DNA of 64,000 nt from Methanobacteriota archaeon (GTDB lineage: Archaea; Thermoplasmatota; E2; DHVEG-1), in assembly GCA_963769885.1 (NCBI GenBank), contig CAVYNH010000007.1, forward strand, positions 160,001 through 224,000, in the 5' to 3' direction. Each line of letters starts with the position of its first letter. The stretch's first letter is position 1. The notes beneath the pieces are model-generated. The model was not told where the DNA came from. It worked only from the letters and a program-made list of their open reading frames with translations, and did no database searches. Shown here one piece after another: positions 48,529 to 57,163 of this stretch. The position numbers and the translations under genes are program-made.

Positions 48529-48540
48529 TGGACAGGCCCA
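48529..48540. repeat. attR of element 2
   Basis: Copy of tRNA-Pro 3' 12 bp. Confidence 0.75.
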
Positions 48541-48602
48541 TGTCCTTTTCTCCCCCACTTTTTACACAATAATGAAAAGAAGAACGGATTGGAAATCGGG
48601 GG

Positions 48603-51248
48603 CTAAGTGAGACCGACCCAGAAGAGGAACACGAAGCCGGTCGCTGTTTTTGAGTGTTCCGGGGCGTCGTCTGCTTTCACGGTTACGGTGATGAGGATCG
48701 AACCAAGGCCGATGATTGGCATTGCCTGGATGGCCTGTTGCGTCCCGGCTTCAAGAGAATCCAGGGTTCCAGTAACAGATCTTCCTTTTAGGATAATTCC
48801 GCCAGTTAGATTGACGATCCAGGAGACATTTGTGGCTGGTCCCGTCCCGTTATTTGACAGCTCGGTGGCCACTCCGAAGAATCCTCCGGTGAGGGGACCG
48901 AGGGTGAGGTCTGGTTTGTATTCATTGATCGTGACTGTCAAAGGTGAAGACCAGTTGCTTTGGAATCCGACGGTGTCCTTGGCTTTGACCTTCACGTCAT
49001 AGGTGCCGGGGGTGACCCAGGTGAAGGAGACTTCGACGGTCGCGCCTGAGTCGAACGGCCCCGCCCAGTCCAGTATTGATGAGCCGAACTGCCATTGGTA
49101 CCAGACTTGATCGCCGTCAGGGTCAGTGGTGTTCGTTGAGTAGGTGTACTCCACATTTGTTTTTCCCGCGGTGGCTCCTGCTGGTTTCATGGGCGTTGCT
49201 GGCGGGTTGTCATCTCCGACGATGACGGTTGCGGTGTTCTCTGAAGGGAGGTAGTTCTGTTTTGTGACGGTGACAGACATGCTGCCTGGTGTTCCCGGGG
49301 AGGGGGTGAAGCTGGCGACGCCGTTTTCATTGGTCATGCCGACGAGGTAGACTTCGGAGCCTTTCCAGAGGCAGACGGTCGCTTGGTTCACGGGGCTTCC
49401 GTTGGCGGTGACGGTGACGGTGAAATCAGTTGTTCCGATGGGGAGCTGTGTGGGGTAGTTGACGGCGAGCGTGCCGGGGTCGGCGAGCCAGATCGGCAGC
49501 TCCGGGTCTCCGAGGAGCGTGAGCTCGGTGAAGATGTAGCGGTAGTAATCGTCGATATTGACGGCATCGTTCTTATGGTCGGTGAAGGCTTCGCCGAGTC
49601 GGTAGTAGCCTTGGTTGAAGAGGGAGCGGAAGAAGTAGGTGTCGAACTTCATGGAAAGGGTGTTGTAGGATCCGGCGCTGTACCATCCGTAGCGGCTGTT
49701 ACCGATGAAGGCGATGCCACCGCCGTTGCTGTCACGGACGAAGTGTTCGGCGATGCAGTTGGAGGCGTCGAAGGCGCACGGGTCACAGCCCATGCTGTAG
49801 AAGATGCCTTGTTTGTTGCCGTTATTGAGGGCGTCCATGTCGCTGGGGCTGAGGCCCCAGTTGTGGTTGAGGTAGCCGGTGCCCATGTAGTCGTCGGCGG
49901 AGTGGTCGGCGTGGTTCATGAGGTTCTGGCCGGCGTTGATGGCGGCGATGACGTTGGTCTTATGGTTGCCGGTCTGGCTGTCGTAGACGTTGGTCATGGT
50001 CCAGCTGGCGGGGATATAGGTGTTGTCAATGGTGATCTTGCATTGTTCGGCGTGGGTGCTGGAGTCGAGGTCGAAGCCGAACATGGCGGCTTTGGTGGCG
50101 TAGTTCGTCAGGGGCGGTGATTTCTCATAGGTGAGGATCTTGTTGATGAAGGTGCCGATCTGGCCGGTGCCGGTGCCTGGTCCGGTGACGGAGGCGCGTC
50201 CGACATTGACTTCGCAGAGCCAGTCGCTGTCGAAGTCCGCGTAATAGGTGTCGTTGGGGACGGGGTCAGGGTCGACGCTGGAGAAGGTCCGGGTGCTGCA
50301 GGGGACGGTGCCGGTGTCGCCGCCGAGGAGGAAGAAGGTGGCGCCCCAATTGGTATAGGCGTCTTGGATGAAGGCTCTGATTTTTTCTTGGTTTGTTCCG
50401 GTGTAGCCGCCTTGGTTGTAGATCCAGTCGGTGGTGACGATGGTGGCGGGGACGCCTTTTTCGGTCTTCCAGTCAGCGAGAGGCTGGAAGGCGGTGACCC
50501 AGCTGGAGGAGGTGATTATGACGTAGTCGTAGTCTCCGGCGGGGACGCCGGTGGTGTGGGGCCGGGGGTCGGTCTGAAGTTGGACGTTATTGGTATTGAT
50601 GACCATGTTTTTTACATGACTGGTGAGGGTCTGTCGGTCCGTGGTTGTTATCCGGCGGGGGAGGTAGTCTCCGTAGGTGTAGCCGGGGGTGGTTTGGATG
50701 GTGAGAGTGACGGAGGTGAGGAGTCGGAGTTGGTGGGCGTGTCCGACGTAGCGGAGAGGGTAGACGGTGAGTTCGGCCATGGCTTGGCCGACGAGGTCGG
50801 ATTGTCCCGTGAGGGTGATGAATGTGTTGGGGTAGGGGCTGGTGGATTGGTAGACGGTGGGGTCGGGGGCGGCGAAGGTGGTGTCTTTGGAGTTCATGGT
50901 TGTTGGCGGTTGGGCGGGGTAAATGGTGTAAGTGCCTTGGAGGGTCTGTTCATGGGTGTCGGTGACTTTGACGGCGGTGGCGGTGACGTTGGGGGGGAGG
51001 GCGATGCGGATGGGGACAGTGGGGAGCATGGGTTTGGCGGGGTCGGTGAGGAGGCTGCCGTTTTGGATGCTGACGCGGTTGTAGCCGTTGATGGTGTCGA
51101 AAGTAAAATCGGATTGGGTGAAGGTGAGGGTCACCGTGATGTTATCGGTGGGGTCTGCGCGGGCTATGTTATGGGTGAAAAATGGGCAGGTGAGAAGGGT
51201 GCTGATGGCGAGTGCGACAGCGAGTGATTTAATAAAGGTCGCGTGGAT
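48603..51248 (-). CDS. Gingipain-like C25 cysteine peptidase with propeptide, Ig and PKD-like domains
   Basis: YVIIT, WKTEKG, LLGGD, VGRA, NHADH, MGC, IGNSR, LLGDP; in-frame signal peptide upstream of track start 51134, so start inferred. Confidence 0.88.
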   Translation of the reverse strand: MHATFIKSLAVALAISTLLTCPFFTHNIARADPTDNITVTLTFTQSDFTFDTINGYNRVSIQNGSLLTDPAKPMLPTVPIRIALPPNVTATAVKVTDTHEQTLQGTYTIYPAQPPTTMNSKDTTFAAPDPTVYQSTSPYPNTFITLTGQSDLVGQAMAELTVYPLRYVGHAHQLRLLTSVTLTIQTTPGYTYGDYLPRRITTTDRQTLTSHVKNMVINTNNVQLQTDPRPHTTGVPAGDYDYVIITSSSWVTAFQPLADWKTEKGVPATIVTTDWIYNQGGYTGTNQEKIRAFIQDAYTNWGATFFLLGGDTGTVPCSTRTFSSVDPDPVPNDTYYADFDSDWLCEVNVGRASVTGPGTGTGQIGTFINKILTYEKSPPLTNYATKAAMFGFDLDSSTHAEQCKITIDNTYIPASWTMTNVYDSQTGNHKTNVIAAINAGQNLMNHADHSADDYMGTGYLNHNWGLSPSDMDALNNGNKQGIFYSMGCDPCAFDASNCIAEHFVRDSNGGGIAFIGNSRYGWYSAGSYNTLSMKFDTYFFRSLFNQGYYRLGEAFTDHKNDAVNIDDYYRYIFTELTLLGDPELPIWLADPGTLAVNYPTQLPIGTTDFTVTVTANGSPVNQATVCLWKGSEVYLVGMTNENGVASFTPSPGTPGSMSVTVTKQNYLPSENTATVIVGDDNPPATPMKPAGATAGKTNVEYTYSTNTTDPDGDQVWYQWQFGSSILDWAGPFDSGATVEVSFTWVTPGTYDVKVKAKDTVGFQSNWSSPLTVTINEYKPDLTLGPLTGGFFGVATELSNNGTGPATNVSWIVNLTGGIILKGRSVTGTLDSLEAGTQQAIQAMPIIGLGSILITVTVKADDAPEHSKTATGFVFLFWVGLT

Positions 51249-51325
51249 TAGGAATACCCCCTTTTTGATTCTAATACGTCTTAGTGGATATATATAGTTT
51301 CCTGGAGTGCCCCAGAAGGAGGGGG

Positions 51326-52786
51326 CTAGGGTTGTTTCTTGGGCGTGATTGTGATGTTTTCGGTGATGTCGGCGAGGCGTTTGGCGAGGGCGATGTAGTG
51401 GTCAATGTCGATGGCGGTATTGATGACGTGTTTGGCGCCGTCGGGGCTGCCGCCGCCGTGCATGCAGCCGGGGACGCCGCTGCCGATGGTGAGCCATTCG
51501 ATGAGTCGGGCGATCTTGGCGCGGGTCTCGCCGGTGCAGTTGGCGGTGAGGTATTTTTTGAGGAGGTCGCCGTAGCGGGGGTCGTTGAGGTCTGTGCAGC
51601 TGGGGAGGCAGCCGGTTTCGGCGATGCCGCCGGCGATCTCCTGGGCAAGGCGTTTGGTTTCGTAGGGGAGGGTGGCGACGTGGACTTTGTTGATGTTGGA
51701 GAGGAGTTGGCTGGGGATCCAGACACCGGAGGGATGCTTGGTGCCGAGGACGCCGGCCGCGATGCCCATACCAAACGTGGTCTCGTTGTTGATGACCATC
51801 TGGGTGAGTTTGTCGCGGAAGGTTTTTTCGCTGAGGCCGTTGGCGCGGGCCATGAGGGCGGCGGCGCCGACCATGACGTCGCCTTGGCCGGCGACGCAGC
51901 CGCCGATAGCGGCTCGATAGGGGGCGATGAAGTTCATGACGGCGGCGGCGGTGTGATCTGCTTCGCCGTTGAGGAAGACGCGGTCGGTGGGGATGAAGAC
52001 GTCGTCGAAGAGGAGGTAGGCTTGGGTGATGCCGCCGATACTGACGGGGTTGTCGAATCCTTCTTCGAGCTCGCGGGTGTCGCTGGGGCGGCGGGCTTCG
52101 ACGATGGTGAGGCCTTGGATGTCGCGGGGGATGGCGAAGCTGACGGCGTAGGCTTTGTCTGGTTCTTTGTAGCCGGAGCCTGGCATGATGAAGAGTTCGT
52201 TGGCGGCGGCGACGCCGCAGATCATGACTTTGGCGCCGCGGACGGTGATACCGTCCTTGGTTTCGTTGCTGATGTGGAGGCTGAGGTCGGGGTCTTTCTG
52301 CTGGCTGGGAGTTTTGCTGCGGTCTCCTTTGGGGTCGGTGAGGGCGCCGGCGAGGGTGATGTCGCGGGTTTGGGCGTCCTTAAGCCAGGCGCGGAGGCGG
52401 TCGTGGTAGTGGGTGTGTTTGGCTTTGTCGATGTCGTAGGTGGCGGCCCACATGGCGTTGAGGGCGTTGAAGCCGGCGCAGCGTCCACCGGTGCAGGTGC
52501 CGGTGAGGTTGAACATGAGGCGTTTCATTTTGAGGTTGGCGATCATGTCCTCAGGGGATGAAATGATGGAGAGATAGCGGCTTACACGGGTGTTAGTGAG
52601 AGGGCTGATGGTGGTGAGGATATCCTGGTACTTGGGGTCGAGAGAAGCTTGGAAGATCTGGGCGTGGCCTTCGACGGTGCGTCTGGTGGCGGGGTGGGTG
52701 GTGACGTCTTTGATGAGTTCGCCGAATTTGTAGATGTTGGCCCGCATTTGTTGAAGGCTGCGTTTGTATTCCTCTGGTGTCTTCAT
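51326..52786 (-). CDS. 4-hydroxybutyryl-CoA dehydratase/HpaB family flavoprotein
   Basis: TDPKGDRS, GITVRGAK, FDDVFIP..RVF, MHGGGSP; Cys/His ligand spacing deviates from canonical AbfD. Confidence 0.85.
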   Translation of the reverse strand: MKTPEEYKRSLQQMRANIYKFGELIKDVTTHPATRRTVEGHAQIFQASLDPKYQDILTTISPLTNTRVSRYLSIISSPEDMIANLKMKRLMFNLTGTCTGGRCAGFNALNAMWAATYDIDKAKHTHYHDRLRAWLKDAQTRDITLAGALTDPKGDRSKTPSQQKDPDLSLHISNETKDGITVRGAKVMICGVAAANELFIMPGSGYKEPDKAYAVSFAIPRDIQGLTIVEARRPSDTRELEEGFDNPVSIGGITQAYLLFDDVFIPTDRVFLNGEADHTAAAVMNFIAPYRAAIGGCVAGQGDVMVGAAALMARANGLSEKTFRDKLTQMVINNETTFGMGIAAGVLGTKHPSGVWIPSQLLSNINKVHVATLPYETKRLAQEIAGGIAETGCLPSCTDLNDPRYGDLLKKYLTANCTGETRAKIARLIEWLTIGSGVPGCMHGGGSPDGAKHVINTAIDIDHYIALAKRLADITENITITPKKQP

Positions 52787-52927
52787 TGAGTTCACCTTTG
52801 TTTAATGCTCCCTTATGTCTGTATTAACGAGGGTAAAGAGAGGTTATTGAATAAATGTCGCCCTTTGCAAAGTCGGATAGTGTTATTAAAGGGAAGGTTG
52901 TTCTAAGATTGAAAGGAGGATCTATCT

Positions 52928-54862
52928 ATGCTTAAGAAAGGGTTTGCTGTCGGCATCGTTTTCTTATTTCTCATCACGATTTTTCCATATAGTTACCTTT
53001 TACATTCTGAAGTCGAGGCAACGCATTCTGAGTGCAACTCCTCTGGAAATTTTTCAGCATTGGTTCGTTTACTTTTTCCTCATCATATGAATAATGAGAG
53101 CTTGAAACCTTATATCGAAAAATATTCTTTGATTGAACGGGATAGAGAAAAGGAATCATTGCAGGATGTTTCGCCAAGCAACTATGTTCAGGCTTTATCT
53201 CCGAAATCCGAAGAAGGACTAATGGATTCACCATGGCCGATGTTTTGCCACGATCTCAATCATTCAGGGCAAAGTCCTTTTAGTACGGAAAATACCACCG
53301 TTTTAGAAAAATGGAGATTTATAACTTCGTACGGAGTCGAAGGATCGCCTATCCTTGGAAAAGATGGGACGGTTTATGTTGGTGACTTTGAAGGATATTT
53401 CAACGCACTTCTCCCCAATGGGACCTTAAAATGGAGATTCCCAACAGCCGGAGATATTTGGTGTGCAGCTGCCCTGGACGATAATGAGACCATATATTTT
53501 GGAACCTTCGCTAAGGGCTTCTATGCCCTTTACCCGAATGGCACTCAAAAGTGGTATATTGGTGGAAAAGGGAAAGCTTCTTCACCAGCGATAGCCAGTG
53601 ATGGCACTATTATTTATTCGGATATGGGGGGAAAAATTACATCTCTGTATCCGAATAATGGAACTATCAAATGGTCATATCAGACCGGAGATACAATTAC
53701 TACTTCTCCTGCCATAGCTCAAGATGGTACGATTTATTGTAGTTCATTTGATGGCTACTTATATGCCTTGAATCCTAATGGAACTTTGAAGTGGAGATTC
53801 CTTTTTCATGCTTGGGAATGGAGTCATGGTTCACCAACAATAGCAGCTGATGGGACCATTTACTTTGGTGCAGATGATGATTATCTTTATGCCGTTAATC
53901 CAAATGGGTCTTTGAAATGGAAATTGAGAACAGGTGCGTTCAGTCAGAGTCCTGCTCTTGATAAAAACGGGATTATCTATATTGGAACTGTATGGAATTG
54001 GGTGGATGCCGTATATCCTAATGGAACAATGAAATGGTCTTTCAACCTTGGTTCAGGAGATACTTGGTTATCCTCAATTGCTATTTCAAAAGAAGGAACA
54101 CTGTACGTAGGTGTACAAGATGGTGGAGCTTATGTCGGGGGCGGAGATATTCTTGCCCTTAACCCAAATGGAACACAATTGTGGAGAAAAAGGATTGGAA
54201 CAGCTTTCGCCGAATCAGCGCCTTGCATTGGAAAGGATGGCACCGTTTATATAGGGTCTAGTTCGGATAGAAGAAAAGGACCTGGAAATAATTGGATGTC
54301 AATTGGGTATGTCCACGCTTTTGGTCCAGTGCAATCAAATCACAAACCCAATCCTCCACTGATTTTAGGTGATAACTATGGCTATCCCAGAGTTGAAAGA
54401 GACCATTGGTTCAAGGGGTTTGACCAAGACAACAATCCATTGGAACTCTATGTAGATTGGGGCGATGGCACTTTTGCTAACTGGAGCGGCGAGTACGCGC
54501 CTAATGAGCTTGTTGTGCTGGCTCATAAATGGACGAGGTATGGCAATTACACCGTTCGAGCAAAAGTCAGAGATGTTTTTGGTGAAGAAAGTGATTGGAG
54601 CACTTTCCACTATAGAGTATGTGGAATCCCCTTACATTTGGCTCTCTACAATGGAACAATCTATGATTGGTATGATTATTGTAATGGTGTAGTTCGCTTC
54701 AAAGCTAAAGACCTCGTTCTATTCAATCTATTTCCTCCATTAATTCGACATTGTCAATCAGGCGAAGAGATATACATTATAATAGGACAAGAATTTCAAG
54801 CCCCTCACAACAATTATGATTTCGGCATTATTTATAAAGGATTTGTCAAGATTCGAGATTAA
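52928..54862 (+). CDS. Secreted PQQ-like beta-propeller protein with PKD-like domain (AT-rich)
   Basis: SPWPMFCHD; repeated SPAI..DGTIY..LYALNPNGTLKW; DWGDG. Confidence 0.88.
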   Translation: MLKKGFAVGIVFLFLITIFPYSYLLHSEVEATHSECNSSGNFSALVRLLFPHHMNNESLKPYIEKYSLIERDREKESLQDVSPSNYVQALSPKSEEGLMDSPWPMFCHDLNHSGQSPFSTENTTVLEKWRFITSYGVEGSPILGKDGTVYVGDFEGYFNALLPNGTLKWRFPTAGDIWCAAALDDNETIYFGTFAKGFYALYPNGTQKWYIGGKGKASSPAIASDGTIIYSDMGGKITSLYPNNGTIKWSYQTGDTITTSPAIAQDGTIYCSSFDGYLYALNPNGTLKWRFLFHAWEWSHGSPTIAADGTIYFGADDDYLYAVNPNGSLKWKLRTGAFSQSPALDKNGIIYIGTVWNWVDAVYPNGTMKWSFNLGSGDTWLSSIAISKEGTLYVGVQDGGAYVGGGDILALNPNGTQLWRKRIGTAFAESAPCIGKDGTVYIGSSSDRRKGPGNNWMSIGYVHAFGPVQSNHKPNPPLILGDNYGYPRVERDHWFKGFDQDNNPLELYVDWGDGTFANWSGEYAPNELVVLAHKWTRYGNYTVRAKVRDVFGEESDWSTFHYRVCGIPLHLALYNGTIYDWYDYCNGVVRFKAKDLVLFNLFPPLIRHCQSGEEIYIIIGQEFQAPHNNYDFGIIYKGFVKIRD

Positions 54863-55386
54863 ACCCTTAACTTTAATTCCCATTCGCACCAGTTGTCGGG
54901 CTGGTGGGGGTCGGGGGGGCAATGAGCGCAGGTGAGCTGAAGGGCGGGGTTGAGTTCGTGGAAGAAGGCGGTGAGGAAGCCGAGGCGGACGGGTTTGCAG
55001 CCGAATTCGGTGAGTCCTTTGGAGAGCCTGGTGGTCTGGACGCGACAGCGGCGGTTGCGGATGACGGCGTTGATCTTGTCGATTTCGACTTCTTTGTCTT
55101 CGAGGTCGAGGGCCCAGCCGGTGAACTGTAAGAGTTTCATCGCGGTCGGGACATCGATGGTCTTGGGTTGGAAAAATTCTTTGAGCTTGAGGGCCTCGAT
55201 TTTACCCATGACGCTCCAAACTTTGGCATCGATCTCGGTGGCGGTTTCTGTGCCGTATTCTTCTTCGATGCCGAGGAAGTAGAGGCCGTCGACCGCCCAG
55301 AGGTTCCGAAGCTGCATGAAGAGAAATTCGGTCTGTTTTTCTGCGGGAAGCTCTGCCAGCAATTTTCTATCGAGGGCTCGAGTCAT
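54859..55386 (-). CDS. DUF6125-like protein
   Basis: AVDGLYF..E, CRVQ..R, CPPDPH..WCEW. Confidence 0.7.
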   Translation of the reverse strand: MTRALDRKLLAELPAEKQTEFLFMQLRNLWAVDGLYFLGIEEEYGTETATEIDAKVWSVMGKIEALKLKEFFQPKTIDVPTAMKLLQFTGWALDLEDKEVEIDKINAVIRNRRCRVQTTRLSKGLTEFGCKPVRLGFLTAFFHELNPALQLTCAHCPPDPHQPDNWCEWELKLRV

Positions 55387-55439
55387 TCAACGATCTCCTG
55401 GGAAAAGACAGAAAAAGGGGAGATAAGGGCAGCGGCGGC

Positions 55440-56393
55440 TCATGCCGAGTGCCCTTTCACGGCTTCGGTCAGTTTGGGGAGGACCTGATACAAGTCACCG
55501 ACGATGCCGTAGTCCGCGGACTTGAAGATGAGCGCGTCGGGGTCCTTGTTGATGGCGACGACGACGCCGGAGTCGCGCATGCCTGCGATGTGCTGAATCT
55601 GCCCGGAGATGCCGCAGGCGACGTACAGCTTCGGCTTGACCTTGTGGCCGGAGAGCCCAATCCAGTGGTCCTCGGAGAGCCATTTGAGGTCCGCGGAGAT
55701 GGGCCGACTGCAGCCGATTGTTTTGCCTTTGAGGGCGGCGGCGAGGTCGCTGATCAACTGAATGTCGGTCTTGTTCTTCAGGCCGCGGCCGCAGGAGACG
55801 ATAATCTCCGCATCCTCGACGTGCACGCCTTCGCTGGCGGCCTCGTGGACGGACTGGATCTTCGAGGGATACTCCTTGAGCGTCACCTGTTTTTTCATGA
55901 TCTGCGCATGGTGCTGGGGATTTTTTGGGAGGGGGTCGGTGGCTCGCGGCGGAATCGTGACGATGGCGGGGGTGGCAGTGAACTGTTCGACGGCGATGCC
56001 GGTGCCGCTGTAGACGATGCGTTCGGCGGTGACGGTCTTGTCGTGGGCGGTGACGTTGGTGGCGTCCATGATGCAGCCGGTGTTAAGGAGAGCGGCGAGC
56101 CGGCCGGCGAGCTCCTTGCCGTTCTTGTCGGAGCCGATGAGGACTACGTCTGGTTTATGCTCGATGATGAGGTCTTTGAGGAGGTTGGCGTATTCCTCGG
56201 CTTTGAATTTCGGGATGTTCGTGGATAGCTCGTGGACGACGTCTGCGCCGTGCGCACCGTACTCCTGCGCGAGGGTGTCGGGGGCGTTGATTGTGACGGC
56301 GTACACCTTGTCGCTGAAGCTGGGTGCGAGTTTCTTGCCGAGCGCGATGAGTTCGAGAGAAAGCCTTTTATCATCTGAGTAGACGAGCACCAT
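55440..56393 (-). CDS. etfA: Electron transfer flavoprotein alpha subunit
   Basis: GRG, GCSRP, GISGQIQH, AINKD, DYGIVGD. Confidence 0.93.
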   Translation of the reverse strand: MVLVYSDDKRLSLELIALGKKLAPSFSDKVYAVTINAPDTLAQEYGAHGADVVHELSTNIPKFKAEEYANLLKDLIIEHKPDVVLIGSDKNGKELAGRLAALLNTGCIMDATNVTAHDKTVTAERIVYSGTGIAVEQFTATPAIVTIPPRATDPLPKNPQHHAQIMKKQVTLKEYPSKIQSVHEAASEGVHVEDAEIIVSCGRGLKNKTDIQLISDLAAALKGKTIGCSRPISADLKWLSEDHWIGLSGHKVKPKLYVACGISGQIQHIAGMRDSGVVVAINKDPDALIFKSADYGIVGDLYQVLPKLTEAVKGHSA

Positions 56394-56398
56394 GGGAA

Positions 56399-57163
56399 TC
56401 ACCTCAGCACTCCTTCCTTTGCAAGGTCGTTGACGAGTTTATGAATGGAGGCGTCCAGGTCATCTTGGTAGACGATGTTCTTGCGGCTCATGGGTACGCC
56501 TTTGATGTCGACGGTCTTCACCTTCGGGGTGAGGAGGCCGCCGGCGAGCTCTTCTGCCTTCCATTCTTTGAGCGGTTTACTGGAGGAAGCGAGGATCTGC
56601 ATGAGGCTGGGCAGTCGGGGCGTGTTGATCTCCTTGGTAACGGTAATCAAGACAGGGTAGGGGGAGGTCTCGGTGACGGCATGGTCGCCGAGGTTGCGCT
56701 CTGCGGTGACATGGTCCTTGTCCACGGTCAGTTTCGTGGTGTAAGTCAACTCTGGGATATCGAGAAGCCCTGCAAGGCGAGGACCTAATTGTCCTGAGAA
56801 GAGGTCGATGGAGGCCTCGCCGCAGAGGATGGCGTCGACCTGCCCGAGTTTCTTGATAGCTGCAGCAAGCAAAGTTGCGGTCCCCGCGTAATCGATATCT
56901 GCGGGGGCGGCAATGACGATTCCTTCGTCCGCGCCCATCGCGAGCAGCTCCTTGATTCGGTCTTTCGCGTCAGGGGTGCCGACGGTCATGACCGTGATGC
57001 GCCCCCCGACCTTCTCTTTCATCTTGATGGCTTCTTCCATCGCGTTCTTGTCGATGTCGCTGATCTTCTTGGCGACGCCGGTGAGCACGGGTTTCTTCGT
57101 CGAGGTATCGACCTTGATTTCGGAGACGTCGACGACTTGCTTGGCACAGACGACAATGTTCAT
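56399..57163 (-). CDS. etfB: Electron transfer flavoprotein beta subunit
   Basis: CAKQV, LAMGAD, NTPRLPSL. Confidence 0.93.
   Translation of the reverse strand: MNIVVCAKQVVDVSEIKVDTSTKKPVLTGVAKKISDIDKNAMEEAIKMKEKVGGRITVMTVGTPDAKDRIKELLAMGADEGIVIAAPADIDYAGTATLLAAAIKKLGQVDAILCGEASIDLFSGQLGPRLAGLLDIPELTYTTKLTVDKDHVTAERNLGDHAVTETSPYPVLITVTKEINTPRLPSLMQILASSSKPLKEWKAEELAGGLLTPKVKTVDIKGVPMSRKNIVYQDDLDASIHKLVNDLAKEGVLR

Larger units (their letters stand above)
40144..48540. mobile_element. Integrated element 2 (8.4 kb), satellite-like, at tRNA-Pro
   Basis: 12-bp direct repeat TGGACAGGCCCA at 40144-40155 and 48529-48540; host-type genes resume immediately after. Confidence 0.85.

Noticed and set aside
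53300-54260. Periodic DNA repeats (AATGGAAC, AAATGG) suggestive of an array
   Set aside because: They encode PQQ-type propeller blades; not CRISPR or non-coding repeats.
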